A stretch of DNA of 64,000 nucleotides, taken from contig NW_018408815.1 in assembly GCF_002113885.1 (NCBI RefSeq), forward strand, positions 627,485 to 691,484, in the 5' to 3' direction. Of the stretch, positions 25,441 to 40,400 are shown in pieces. The translations under genes and the position numbers were made by a program. This DNA is from Mizuhopecten yessoensis. Its lineage: Eukaryota. Numbering within the stretch: position 1 is the first letter of the stretch; each line of letters opens with the position of its first letter. The notes beneath the pieces are model-generated. The model was not told the DNA's origin, ran no database searches, and was given only the letters and a program-made list of their open reading frames with translations.

Positions 25441-28400
25441 CAATAAAACGCGAGTTAGCAACATAATGTTGATAAGTAACAAATTTATCCAGTAAATCAT
25501 TTCTCGGAGCAAAGAGCTTTGCACTTTACCTTGTATTAACGCTTGTACATTTTACAATTGGCTGGTGATGCTCAAACGCATCAATAATTTGCAAAGCGTT
25601 TGACGTACCCAGAATTCCGGAATTGGATACTAAAGACAAGTAATGGACTCACGTGATATGCCGTTATTTTTGATTCACTCTCCCGTCTAACATAACATTC
25701 TTTCCCTAGGTGGCAATGACACCTGTATCGTTCTGTTACGATATCTGAGCTGGATACATTGATTTAAATTTCCATCTTGGGACCGGGGCATTTCTTGTTA
25801 ATGACAGTACAGCATGATAAACATACCAGCGTTACGGTACTAATGTTAACATAGACGTGTTAATGAAAATGCTTATCTGCATTTAGGGAAATAACGATGC
25901 TGTCAATCACATTTGTCCTATGTATATCTATCAACCAATGTATCCTGTACGGTACTCGTTGATGAATAGTAGAAGGTGTATTGCAGTGTAAACGCTATCT
26001 TCTCACGATAATATTTCCAAGTGAGTTTCTCTCTTGGCATACAAAATCATTGTACATTGTCGTTGAGCGTTTCACATAATTGATGTCAGAAGTTGTCTCC
26101 CTTTTATTTTCCGAAAAAAGACCAAAAAGTGTTAAAATTAGAAGCTTTAAAAGCGTCCTGCTTAATATATCAACAATAACTAACATTTCGTTTTCCGTCG
26201 CTGCCCCAAATGTTAAGTTGAACCCCAGAGAAGAAGGCTTAGTGGTGTTAAGTATGAACTAAAGACAGCATTATTACCTTTTTTCAGGCTGTTTCTCCTA
26301 TCGAAATATCGTGTATAACAACTTGACTCAAGGGTATGTTTGTGAAAATAGACTATATATACGCCATGCGAGTTTAAAATATTGCTCCCTTCTGCAACAA
26401 TGTCAGGAAGATCCGAAACCATATCGTTTGAACTATTTTAACAGACTGTACCAAATAAAACCAGTGTAGCGGTGTACTCAACTGTGACCAATAAAACCAT
26501 CGTAGCAGTAAACCCCTCGCCACCGCTACCTTCTTTATACATGTATAGAGTGTCAACTTTTTAGCAATGAAAGTCCTATCTTGTTTCGAAATTTGAATGC
26601 CCTAGGTATAGATTTAAATTGAGAGATTCTTTTGTTTGGAAATCCAGATCTTTCGGTAGACTTTAACTCTTACGTTTTTAGACATATGCATCACTTCATC
26701 AAATCCGGCAAAAGATTTTGAACGGTGCTTTTTTAAAAGTTGTGTATTTGTACCTGTGTGGATATTATATTTATATATATCTACTTTATGTTTATGCCTA
26801 TTATCATTGTTAACATGTAATTGTAAATGTATGACGGGAGAAGGCTGTGATAAGTTGTAATAACTTGTGCCCAATCCCTTGTTCAATTTTATTGGCAAGA
26901 AATATGTTTAAAGTAAAGTAAAAAATAATGCAGCTCCCTAGTAGCTACACGACTTGTCTGTACCTTGATGCGGGACATTTGAACATGCTATCTGTTGCCG
27001 TTACAAATAAGTCTATACGCAGCTTGTTGGTGTGATTGTATAATGGAGACCATTAGCTAGTAGTTTGGTCTGTCGTCTGCCAACTTGCTTATACATAATG
27101 TATCTATCACCCATTCCTTGTGTCGGATGCCAGACAATTCTTAGTTATCTTTACCAATTTGGCTTTGTCCAAAATGGTAGATATTGACAGGTCTGTCATG
27201 TCTGGCCTTTAATATTGTATTATTGACGGTTTCCACTATATCTCCGAACACCTGCTTTTCTGTTCCCTCTACGATTGCACGTAGCCTGCAGTGAGACTTG
27301 AGCTCACCAATCAAATCAATCTTACGACGAGCGGAATTCTTACTGACCCCTTCTACTCGTCTATACGCTATGTATGATGACTGTCCATATCTCAATTTCA
27401 TATCCGGGATGAGAATGCGAATATAATACGTCCTGCATAGCTAAAGTGTAATTGAGACGAAATGTCGTTAGAGCTGATTTCTCTAACTCGGTACACCGTA
27501 CCCATGTACTGTTTATGTCATTTGCACTTTCTTGCGTGACAATGGAATCATGTGTTTCTGATTTTCAATAAAAAATCTTGTAAATCGGAATAGACAGATT
27601 CGCTATGTATATATTCATACGCTACGTTTATCCGTTATAAACTGTACAAATGACGCAGAAAATACTCTTTTTAAGCTTTTTGTTACATGTGTAATGCTCA
27701 CTGGAGTAAACACTACTTCAACAGAACAAACGACTTCGTATAAAAGATGAGAATTTCACCCGACCTACACTGATCCCGATCTCAAGCGAAACACATCTAC
27801 CACGATACAAACATATATCGATACATCACTGTAGAAGACGTTTTCTGTGCGTTAATCACGCCACCAATCCTGTAGTACCCATAGCTTAGATAACCTCCCC
27901 TGTCTATGCTTAAATGGAAAGGGTTCGGTGGTACCGAATGTCACGGGAGACTACATCGCTACTCTGACTGATGTATGTCAGTGACGTTAATACTACATCA
28001 GCTGTCTACGATGGAGCTAACATCCATGCCATTATATGTTATATTGACCATAACTCAGCATACCATTGTCAGGAGCAGTGATTACAGACGTCGCAAACTA
28101 CAATACAGACGTCACGACATTACTTTTTAGCGGGCTCATCGACTTTGACAGTCCAATTTTGATTCTGGTCAATTTGTTGAAACAGACGTAAGCCATTATT
28201 GCTGAACAATGAAATACAATAATACATCCACGCAACTATAGGTTTACGAGTAATGGGTCGGACGTGTTTGCTCACGAGCACTGACCCGAGACTGTACCTA
28301 CGACTGTCAATTCTGGAGTTACATCCCTTTTGTGACCAGATGGATCGAACTAGAACTATAGTCCTGGAACACCAAATAAGACTGGGGCCCAATATTTCGA

Positions 28401-30506
28401 TACAGGCACAGTTGTTGTAATATATTTATATGTTTTTGAAAATGCGCAACTTTCCGTTCCATGTCATCTTCTTGGGAAAATACAAATTATTTTTCGTGAG
28501 CTAAATTTTAATGTCAAATAAGCTAGATTTCCAACCGAACACGCACACGTGGTATTCAAAGAAGTTGGGCGTTAATAATTCTAGGTGACGTATTAGCCAC
28601 AGAGGAAGCTGGATGTTGATTCTTAACTTTACGACCTGCATCGCTGTACTCCCAACTGGGACCTCGTTAAACTAACCGAATCGTGCATTATCTGTTGCTC
28701 CCGCTTCACAACATCCATTTGTTAAAAAGATGAACTTGTGGTCCAATGATATTTCAACACGCATTTATTTAGAATCAGGTTTTATTTGAATCATTGTGGC
28801 ATATTGACATGGAAGAAAAACTGCAAAGACGATGTCTATCAGGTTTTTGTGCTGCCCTCTCTGATATGTTTAATTCAGGTTTGACAAACGGGATGTGTCA
28901 GTTCTCAGTACACGATAGCCAGCCGAACCGTATAATGGAAGGCGAACTCCAATGTATTATTCCATCTGTAATGAATGGCTGGAAATATATCGCTAGTTGT
29001 GTTATTTGGTCACTGTCTGGTAATACAACAACGCTGTCTACAAGGCCATTCCAGACTAATAATGTCTTTCTCCACACTGGGTGTGAGGGGCATATCTGTG
29101 TTTGCCCTATCTTTATTTGCAATCTTCGTTCATTTCTATTTTTATCTATGCACATGTAGCGTGACACTTTTTGATGATCAAATACATCAAGAAGACAATG
29201 TATGTATAAATAAAATGGTATACAAATCAAAGGTACTGATGTACCAAGATACATAATGTACTTACGTGATGCATACCGTATGTTTGGAGTTACAAAGATA
29301 CCCAGCGGTCCTCTCTACTCCTTTTATATTACACCGTACGACTGACGTTAAGTTGTTGTTCATCGAATCGTTACCCTTAAGATACAAAGTTTGAACGTTT
29401 TTTAAATTCAATTCTTAAGTGTGGGGTGATGTTTCTTGAAGGAGATGGTAATGTGTTTGTTATGTGTTTAGAATGGGACCATAAGGACTACTTAAAGTGT
29501 TAAGCGATCTGTATGCTCCAATCCAACGTTAATCATTCAGTATTTAAAACAGACCAGTGCAGAGACAACTAAAACAGAAGGTTAAGCTGTCTCCGGAGAA
29601 TTTGTGGTTACAAGTACAAAAGACACATGCAAATCAAATAGTGAAATACAGCTATTTAGATTTTATTTAAAGAGTGCAGAACAGTGTAACATGTCGCCAA
29701 ATAATTAAATTCGAAATGCAAAGATGAAATTTACCAGAATTGATCAAGTTGTATATATGCCGTAAAAATGATACTAAACGTATGGAAATAATAGCATTCG
29801 GACATCGCAGAAAGTTGACTTAGCGTACTGTGAACAGGGACCAAGATGTGTGTACCAAGTCAAACAGTTATTCCTAGCACTGCTTAAACAGCTACACGGT
29901 TTTCATTTGAAAAAGAAATACATCACCGTTGGCTTGATTGTTTTATTTGTATTTTTTATGTATTGACCAAATGCAAGTTAAGGTCCTTTCAGGTAACAAA
30001 CTAATTTGTTTTTATATAAAAATTCCTATTGATATTGAGCTGTGCTTATTTTTACTGATAATATTTAATATGGTTATTGAAAATAAATAAGTATGCAGTA
30101 TGTAATTTATTGCCTTGAGTTCCAAGTAGTTTACATGGAAGTTATCTTATCCATTAACGTCAATAATATAACCTTCTGGTATTTGTTCTTGATTTTCATA
30201 TTCCATAAATATACAATTCCAATAACAATAATTTGATCATATTGTACTCAGTTTGACGTATGCACCATTAATGTCATCATATTCTCAAATGTAAATGTTT
30301 GTTACAAAACTCCAAACAGGGGAAAGTATATATTGAATAGAAATTAACAAAATGCGTAGGATTGAATACCAATTAAGTATTATAATTACTTTATTTAAAT
30401 GAAGACCAGACTTCTGATTATGTAGATTCCCGTAATCTGCATCGATCTCGGGCATAAACGACTATTCTTGGTTCCTGTGATATCGTACACAAGCACCGGG
30501 AAAAAA

Positions 30507-30722
30507 CCAAAGACATTAATACTGTCAAGACAATCCTTGTCGTATTCACGCTCTATTGTTTAAACCTGACGTCGCATAGCGTAAAGCATCCTGCAGACGC
30601 GTATATCTTGTTGCCAAGGACATTCATGCTGTCAAAAAAATCCCTACCGTATCCCACGTTCTATTGTTATAACCCGACAGCGTATAGGCCGTAAACCGTT
30701 TGGCAGACGCTATTTTTTGTTG
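30507..30722. repeat. Old tandem duplication, two diverged copies of about 107 bp
   Basis: gacatt-at-ctgtcaa…tctattgtt…gcagacgc…ttgttg starts at both 30512 and 30619. Confidence 0.7.
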
Positions 30723-32382
30723 GAATACTTTCGGCAGGATACCATCGTCACAAACACAAGCCCAACACCATATACAGCATAGATCTATCAGCTATTGGTA
30801 TACCACACTATTATCACAATGTGAAACATATATGCTGCTAAGTTTCCTGATTTGAAAGTGTACAGTAATAATATGCAATTTTAGTTGACGCCCATTTCAA
30901 GGAAAACATGCACGAAACCAAAATGTTTCAAAACAAAACCAAATGTTACTGGAAAACGAATGAGCAATAACAGGAATTCGTTGTCTGCCGCTATCTTTTA
31001 GGTTTTCATGGCGGTTTATACTTTCCTGACTCCTTTATTTCTAGCATATTACATGTTTTGACTCGTTTTTTTTCTTTAATTGTGTGTCCTAGCCGGAAGT
31101 CACGCGGTCTGGTGCTCTTATTGCGTAATGTGTACTCGCTGTGTGTCCTGAGTTGCTGTCAATAGAGGTTTCAGCAGATACTGCGTTGCCCTGCCCAGGG
31201 CTTATTGTCTGGGTCGCAATGTCGTGCCAGTGATTGGTTAATGAAGACAACTTGGGTTAAAGTTTGAACCACTAACGGCTTGATAGGAAAATTGGAGATT
31301 GGTATTCGTGTTTTATGGAAAGCTCTAAAAGCTTACACTCTAGGCACATGCGATGGTGAGATTAAAAAAAACCCACAATAATGGAAGAGATAAAAACAGA
31401 AGAGGTATATTGATGTGTGCTTAGTTACACGAACTTAACATCGTCAAAACTATTTGCAACCTTTCTTTATTGCTAGCTTGAAGTTAAACTCAATATTTCA
31501 AACTTCTATTTTGCTTGAGAAATAGAGCAAATATACTTAATTCTAACCTTACTAACATGAAACATATGTTTGTTGATTGTTAAAAGCCATAAGCGTATGA
31601 TATTGCTCTGGATAGACAGGACTGCACTTCGTACAACCTATATAAAACTGAAGCAATTCAATTTCAACGATTTATGTTCTATGTCTTATAGGATTTATCA
31701 GCGGTAATGTAATATTAGAAACGTCAGTTAAAATATGAGTTTAGTAACAGTGCCTGTAAGCTATGCAGTGACACGGATATCAAAATCTAAGGATTTTTTA
31801 AATTACGATGCCAATCGTTTTGTTCGCATTTGTTCTAAGTACCTGTAATAGGTTTTTGAGAGATTTTCATATACATTTTTATCGTTTCCCTAACGATGAC
31901 CGACAATTTTATACTTCTGAGATATCTGTTCCCTATGGTACATGTATAACAGCCTACAGTGTGGATTCCCCATGTGAGCGCATGGATGTATAACACACAC
32001 TTGTACCGAGCATGCCATCTATTTGAGTTGAACTTCCGCAAAAATTCCTAGGCAATGTAGATCTATGTTACATTATGTATAAGATAATAATTTAATTTCA
32101 TAAAATAACAAAAACACAACCTAGCGTAGAATATAACTTGGAAAGATATGACAACCAGATACTTTATATGATTAAATATTCAAATATTCATAATTACAAC
32201 GGTTATTCTATTCCTGACATGATTTTATCATAATTCACCGCATGAGACGTGTCACGTGAACGCCCGGCAGAAGGCTGATACATGTACATTAAGTACCCCA
32301 TTATTGATAACTTTGCTGCACACATACGTTACAATGTTTGATCCAGAAAGGAAGGTCATTCAATGCATGCACAATTAAATAC

Positions 32383-33356
32383 ATAGAGGATCTGTCATAA
32401 GTTTCCCTTCATATTCAATTTATGATACGAGCCTGTGGCGAGCAAATATGAAAAATCCAAAACGAGTATCATAAATCTAATATGAAGGGAAACTTATGAC
32501 AGATTCTTTGCATCATATAATACAAAGTAAACTGTATAATTGTGATCTGAAACGAATATTTTGCACTTGGCCGCCTCTGAAACGATGAAAATTGCGTCTG
32601 CTTCACAATGACGTGACGTCACATTGATTGTTCCTTTAAGCAATAAATATTTATATTTTCGTAATGAGAAATCGCAAAAAATAATGTATGTCTTTTCCAA
32701 CTTACAAATTTCCCGCTTATTACCGTCAGGTCAGGTCTATATCTAGAACGGCACTAAGATAACAGCTGACGACACGCGCTATTTCCCATACAAAATTGAA
32801 AAGACTTAAAACGCAACTTTCGTTAATAATTCATACGTTTTTAATTTATATATATCATATTCTCAATTCATAAAATAGTAACAAATAACATTTTGTAAAT
32901 AACTATTCAAGTGTCGTTAAACATTATCCGATTTTATTGCAACCTATATCCGGCGCACGCACTCAACGAAAGCCCGCAGTAATCAGGTCAGAGTTATATT
33001 TGCAGTCCGGCATGTTGTTGATGTTGATCGTGCAATCCAGGCGTAAAATTGTTTGTTGATCTCACAGACACTTGAGACAGGCAGCTGGTGTTCGGGATCA
33101 AAGCAGAAGATACCGATACGTTTGGTAGTGACACTGTAAGGTCGCTCGGAGGTGACAAGACCAACTTCAGTTATAGTCTCATACCATGAAGCTGCTATTG
33201 TCAGTACTTTAGTAGTAATATAGAAGGGCTTTGCCACACCAAATGTAAATATATTCGATTGGGACGTCACATCCGGAGTGATATTACACACGTTACATAA
33301 ACATAATTTATGTGATGGCTTTATGTCACTGCATAACACGGTATTCATATGATAAA
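32383..33356 (+). mobile_element. Asymmetric hairpin element E2 (Crypton-like non-autonomous element, about 975 bp)
   Basis: Hairpin at 32383-32509 (tctgtcataagtttcccttcatatt…aatatgaagggaaacttatgacaga). The adjacent atcatataatac (32512-32523) is mirrored by gtattcatatgat at 33341-33353. Confidence 0.65.
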
Positions 33357-36300
33357 TTAAAATACTAACCAATATGGCTAACAGATTATATTTTATCTTA
33401 ACAACGGAAAAAAAATCTGTGCCATTATATATTGATAGATGTCAACCTTAAGCAGGGTTTTCCCGTTCATTTACTGCCTCCTTCGCTTCTTTTGACATAT
33501 CATTTATATATGTCATTTGTGAATTCCTATATCTATAATTAATCTCAAGATATTCATAAAAAATAATTTCTGTCCGTAACTAGTGCTTTCTGGTTATGCA
33601 TTCTTGCTTAGTTAAAATTAGGTATGTGCGTTTTCTTCACTGAACAACTGATATCAGCCACATATTCACCAGCCCCCGATCGGATACTGAAACCATATAG
33701 ACAAACAAATTGAGGCACGTGAATACGGAAGTGATCAAGCTGGCAATCCGCATCACACGACCGCCATCTGTGTCCCCTCAGACAAGTCTACGGAAGGGAT
33801 TATTTCCCGATAATTATCGTGTGATCTTTCAACCGGTCCCTCCGCTCTGTCTGACCTTCACCAGTTTCTACATTGTACATGTTTCATGTTACATTAACGT
33901 TGATCTATTGATTATGGATTAGCTACGGTGCTGGTCAGTTTTTGTTAGGAACATTGGCGACTTCTAGGCTGATTTTCAACTGCTCTTTGTTTCATTTTAT
34001 TTCTCACACAAACTTATAACACTGAATTTGACGGGGACAATAACTACCGTGTTACAAACCCGCGCCTTCCATCACAACGGGGTTCAAACGATGTCAAAAG
34101 CTCTAGAGGTCACGACCGACCCAAACAAGCTTGCAATCCCATTGGTATTAATAATCATATGTTACATTTAAGAACAGTAATAAACTGAATACAAGTACGA
34201 TTTCCATTGTAACTCATGTTGCCTGTGTTGTATTTCTGAACGTGAAGTTGACAAAGAACTGTAACACAAACCCGCAGTCTACATTAGCACTGTATTACAG
34301 CAGCAGTACCTATAATGTCGTTTTATCTATGAAGGCTCCAGAAGATACTCACGAGCTGTCGCTCCAGATAAGAACAATCTAATGCAATATGCAGAACATA
34401 GGAAGACATGTACAAATGGCCCAACGTGGAGATTGTTCCACGCTGTTGTATGCTGACAAATTCTAAAATATTCGTTCCAGGCCTAAAATGTCATTGCTTA
34501 GACAATGATATAAACCAGATAAAAAAGACAAAGCAATTTCCGTTTAATATTTACTCTGGCATTGACAGACATTGTTAGTTTTATGAGCTTTTGCAGTGAA
34601 TTTAATATTAAAACGCCAGCGACCATTTCTAAAAATGTAGTTACAAAGACAGCAATAAAAAAAAAATAAGTAAATGACTGTATGATATTATATAACCCAA
34701 TGCTTTTACCTGAAATAAGATATTTAAATAAACAAATGATAGACCACAACGCTAGCGTATGACCACCTTAGCATACTACGTAGTTGATAAATATAACATA
34801 TGACCATGCTAATAAATCAACAAGGTGCGTTTAATTAGCAAGGCGCTGAATGTGACGTGTCTACCGTTCTGTATGGACAGGTACAACACAGGTATTTTGG
34901 AGGTGTAAGTTACCATTCTGTATGGACAGGTAAGCTAACGTCCTTTATGGACAGGTACGACACAGTGTTTTGGAGGTGTAAGCTGTACGAAGTTCACCGA
35001 CGAATTCCGCAGCATTATTTTATCATGGTTGACCCTAAAATCTCGAAGATAGAAATACATGTAAGTCATATTTTTTCATCATAGGTGCAAAATACTCCAT
35101 AATGTGGGGGAACCATTTCTGTAGAAGTATTGTTTCTCCTTTATTTGATAGCTTTTGTAAAATCTTTATTTTAACGAATGTCTGAATGAGGAGTTTTGAG
35201 CAATATACATACATGTACATGTAATTATGCTCAGTATAGCTAATGGTGAGTCTCTATTAACTTAACATTCGTTATGTCGCAACAATTTCTTATAATAACG
35301 CGTCTGTCATCTCTATAACATTCCTGGTCATGAGTATCAATATATAATTATAAAGATAGGTCTATATTATGCTCACCTGAGTTTTGAGGAATCATGAATG
35401 TGTGACAAAGAAGCTATTTTCCCAATGCCAAATAAGCCAACGCTTGGCGTGAATTCTGCTTCACAATGACAGAAAGAGCCGACAAAAATCTTTCTTTTGA
35501 AAATTGTTTACTGAGCTGATAGATATACACGCTTGGTTAAAATGTTAATGGTCAGTGACTGGCCCTTTGTAAAAACAACACAGGGTCAACTATGACCTAG
35601 CTCCACTTGTGTCAAACATTTTTTAAAGTTTTCCTCAACTTTTCGAATTTTACAAGATTGCCAATTGATTTAATATTCTTCGAGACATTTCAAACAAACG
35701 GGTCCAGGACATTGAATGGTACGTGATGAAAGGCCTTCACTTACACATGCGGATATAGGAAACTCTAGAGACATCAGGTTTCCTTAATTACGGCGTATCA
35801 GGAAACGCCTAATTAGGATGATGCATCATGACTTTTAACGGATCGATGTTTGAAATTGTGCAATTATTAAATCATATCAAGGATGCGATTTATAATTTAA
35901 ACTTCTCGAAATGTCAAAGTCCGATTTTGTCAAAGATGATTTGTACAAATTTCAGTTTCCTTAAAGTTATTGTGTAGGTATCAAAAGAAATACTTATATG
36001 TTGTATAGTTTTCATTTCGTGGAATGTATTCTTACGTCCTTTATGAGAAAAGCAAACTATTCCAGCGTTGGTGATTTTGTTTGTTTTATATATAACTGAC
36101 AACTGAATTTGTAGTGTTACTTGCTTAAATAATTATGAATATATTTACAGTATTTTTGTAATTAAAGGCATTATCTAGAGGCTAGTTTGTTGGAAGAATT
36201 TTAAAGTGGTTATTTAGCATATGACTTAAACGAAATGTGAAAGACAACAAGTATATGCTACGTGATGTCAGACGATGATAGCCAAGAGACACTGTTCGTG

Positions 36301-36384
36301 AAGGATGCGTGACGTCCCTGAAAGATCATATATTGTAAACGAACCATTCGTACTACTTTTAAATAAGTCAGGCGAACGCATCAA

Positions 36385-36492
36385 TACCCTAGCAGGTGGA
36401 AATTGTCCGACCACATATTACATCTATACCCTAGCAGGTGGAAATTGTCCGACCACATATTTCATCAGTACCCTAGCAGGTGGAAATTGTAC
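36385..36492. repeat. Tandem repeat, 42 bp unit, 2.5 copies
   Basis: taccctagcaggtggaaattgt at 36385, 36427 and 36469. Confidence 0.95.
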
Positions 36493-37260
36493 CTAATTAA
36501 CATAAGCTACGTTAAGCGCAAAAATACGATTTATTATTAAAATGCTAATTAAAGTTTAAAATTGATTTCAATGGTTGTATTTTGCGGAAGTGAAAAACCT
36601 TATATGATACCATAAAAAGATGATCTTATTCATCTTTTACATAATGACAAGGCAAAACAGCGGTAACCCATCTTTAACTGTTTGATACATTTATGCCTTT
36701 GATGACGCCTACATCTCGAAATTAGCCGATGGCCGCGAAGGCAGTTCATGATATAGGTCTCGTGAACTCAGTTATTGTTGGTAAATGGACACAAGGTTAT
36801 TAACTTGCCAATCGATGTGTTCGACACTGTCATTTGAGTAGCAAAGGAAACCATACCGTTCCGGTGTACTTGTAGGACTTCCATCACAGCCTAATCACAT
36901 TTGACCGCTGTTGAATATACTTAGCTATAAGAATGGTAATTGTCCTGTTTTCAGACACAAAGAGACTTACTATTTACTTATTTTCTCCGACAACTACATA
37001 TAAATGTTATGTATCCCATGATATGTGTATACAAAACTCGTTTTTATATTGCTTCCGGCTCATTTTACTTGAATGTATAAAAATTACTACACAATGTCGA
37101 ACTAGCATTTTTAGCTCAAATGAAAGGAAATATGACGTTCAATTCGTTGATTTGTTATTCACGAGCTGTTCGACGGTTGCGTGTGATTTATATCGACCCA
37201 ATTGACATAAGTATAGTTATGTATCGGTTACAAACTGTGTTCCCTTAGACAATGTACGAN

Positions 37261-37431
37261 GCAGAGTTATCTTCTCTTGGGAGCAGGTATTGATTGTTAC
37301 GTCATTGGTTTGTGCGAGAAAATTACGTCGTTTTCTCAAAAAGTGATGACGTTACTCTCACAAACAAGTGACGTAACAATCAATACCTGCTCCCAAGAGA
37401 AGATAACTCTGCAATACGCAAAGACGGAATA
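37261..37431. mobile_element. Palindromic (fold-back) MITE, left end cut by an assembly gap
   Basis: gcagagttatcttctcttgggagcaggtattgattgttacgtca is mirrored exactly by tgacgtaacaatcaatacctgctcccaagagaagataactctgc. N at 37260. Confidence 0.85.
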
Positions 37432-40400
37432 GTGATGAGTCTTTGATAATGCAACGAAACATAATCACAAGCAGTTGTTGATGATTTTAGAGTAGCATTT
37501 CAGACAATGACTCTAAATGGAGATGACACCTGTCATCAGTTAACCTTAATAAAGGCATGTAAAACAATCAAAAGCGTTACGGCGTCAACAAGTCGTGTTC
37601 AAAAAGAACACGTCTACAAATCGAACGGTTGTTTCAGCTTGTCACTCACTGTATTGATTGTAATACGTGGCCTTTGGTAAGGAAAATGCTCGGGTAGAGA
37701 GATTTAGTAAGACGGATAAAAACACCGAGCCCTTTTTTATTTTTATTCTTCTCAAGCTTAAATGGAGTTACATCTATGTTTGCTTGTTTGCTTGTTTGGA
37801 CTGTACGACGTCACAAAGGGAATTATTGAAAACCTATCATACCATGTAATTCATAACAATGTAGATATTAAGCAAAACAGCAACAGGGGAGCATAAACAA
37901 AAGTTTAATTCGAACTCAAAATCGCTAAAACTACAGCAAAATATGAAAGTGACTAAAATACGTAGAGACTATTGAAAAACAGTTTCGAAGGAATAGCACT
38001 TAGTGTTTAGAATACGTTGGATTACAGTACAGGAGGCTTCGACATCAAACGTTCACATTCCGATTCCCTTAGTGATTGCAAACGTTATTTTTATACTTAA
38101 ACCCAAAGTGGGAGATATTTTCTCAAATGATCTTCACCCTCTGGTGGTCATATGGTCACGACGATTATGGTTGGACACGTTTACAATCAATATTGGCTCG
38201 GTAGTGTGAATTTTCCGTAGGATACAATGCACCGTCGACAATGTCTTAAAACAGGGCTACGTGTTAAGGTTTGAAGTGGAATGACACGAGTAAAATCATC
38301 TTTCGTATAAATCTTATATACTTCAATGTACAAAAAAATTCCATAACCACAATGAAAACAATGAACAAAAACCCTAACGCCTTACTAAGGGTAAAGCTTG
38401 TCAATCATTTAACATTATATTGGATTCACAATTGTCTCCTGCTTACGTTGAATTAGCATTTTAATAATGCTTTAGATGTAAGTAGTTATTTATTATTAAA
38501 TTAATCTTAATTATGTGTGAGTTCGATAATAGAAATTTACTGTCGCGAGTCATGTGGACCTCACTTTCGTTTTGAATAGGTCAGTTGGGAACAAACGTAC
38601 ATTGTCGTGCAACATCAAGCGATCCGTTATTCCCGTCACAGAAATGTCCATTTTGTCAATGTGTGTTGTGGTAATAAAGGGGTTACCGTTGCTCTGTCGC
38701 GTCGTTCATCATTAGAGCTTAGTTTGTCAGGACGCTCACACCAATCAGGGTACTTGAGGTACAGCTCACCGGCAATTATCTGTGGCACGATAAATGTCTT
38801 TTCTTCATCATGGACATTCGGTTGGCATTCATGCTTGTTAGAAAACAACCAAATAATATCAAATGCACATGGAAAATCACATACATGTATTTAAACTTCT
38901 TTCAGTCTCTAAAATAAGGCAACAGATTTTGAATAAAGAGACAACATTAATTCCCAACAGAGTTTTGTGAGAGGTTAAAGCGCCCCGCCAGGGAGATCTG
39001 ATCTATAAGTTTTTTTTCTTCTTTAAAATGTATATAGAACCTGTATTTTACCATTACGATAAGACGACTTCTAAAATGTTTTCTAAATCTATAACCTTTT
39101 AAGATAAGCCCAATGTTAAATTGCTTTTGCGTTATACAATAAATACCGTTTCCCAAACAAATAAAGTATAATAAGGATGGAAGACATTCGATAGCGAATC
39201 AATAACGAAGGCATTTATCTCTGATGAACCTTTATTTAATATCCATGACCAGCGGAAAAATAAATAGTATTTTAAGGAAAGAGATTAGCCTATATCCCCC
39301 TTAGAGTACAACAGACGGTATACAAATTAACCAAATGATATTGCTTTTTGGAAATAGTGCTACATCATTGATTGATATTGGGATTTTCAGGAAAAATAAG
39401 TGTTAAGGTCAGATTTTGAAGCAATTATCTACACTAATGGAGAACATGGAACCATTGTTTATCCTGTTAAGCAATCAAGTAGTGATCCAATCCTTTGATG
39501 TTCAGCAGTGACCACACACGAAGTGTTAGATGGCTGTCTAGGTGTCAACACGCTCATTATGACCAACAGACAAATGCATGTTTTTTTATTCTAAAACATA
39601 TGTTTTTTCCCTGAGATATTGAAAAGAACACATATTTTGAAAGTCATGTTACAGACGTACCGACCCACCCCAATTAACGGGTAACTACATACTGTTTCAT
39701 TTCTTATTGATGAGAGGTTTATGTAATGCTCCATCTGAGGATTGTTTTTTTTACTAGATTCTGTAACCCCATGCAGACTCCTAAACCCTCTGTAAGTAGT
39801 TGTCTTGTCTATAAACATGAACAGGCAAAAACCAATGATCTCAAATCTAAACAGTGTTAATCTGGCTAGAGCTTACATCAAACAGAGTGCAATTATAAGT
39901 AGAGAAAAAAACATCACACAGAAAGCGCTTCCAACCATTAATACAGCAGAATCAATAATCAAGAACGGTCAATTACCCAGTCTGGTCGTTTTTATCCCGA
40001 ATGCCTCCTTCCCTACAGAACGGACATGCAGTGGAAAGGAGTTATGTGGCCGAGTTCACGTGAAGTGCGGATGAATATATCGGTTTGATGTTTCTTAAAC
40101 AAATTGTTTGCGGTATGAGGCTATCAGCTGTTCCATGTAATGAGAAGGGCTGTTTAGTTGTAATCCTTCGTCGGTTGAGTGCCTAATTGGACCAGTGCTT
40201 TCTATAGTATATACTAGCTATTGGCCTAACATATCTGTTTTCAAATAATATGTTCTCGTAATTAATCATCGTCTGATTTCGCTGGCTTCCCATGTCAAGG
40301 GCGCTTTTGATATATACCAAACATTTATCTCATACGTTCAACATCGAACAAGTGTTTGTTTAATGCTCAGAGAAACCATTAGTGTTGTGTTTTGCTCCTG

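Noticed and set aside
23622-29256. Scattered 86-121 aa ORFs (23622, 27141, 28120, 28794, 28898)
   Set aside because: No recognisable protein family or consistent exon chain; lengths are within chance expectation.
32983-33372. 129 aa minus-strand ORF overlapping hairpin element E2
   Set aside because: No tyrosine-recombinase (R-H-R-Y) or HUH motif visible, and a non-ATG start; treated as a chance ORF.
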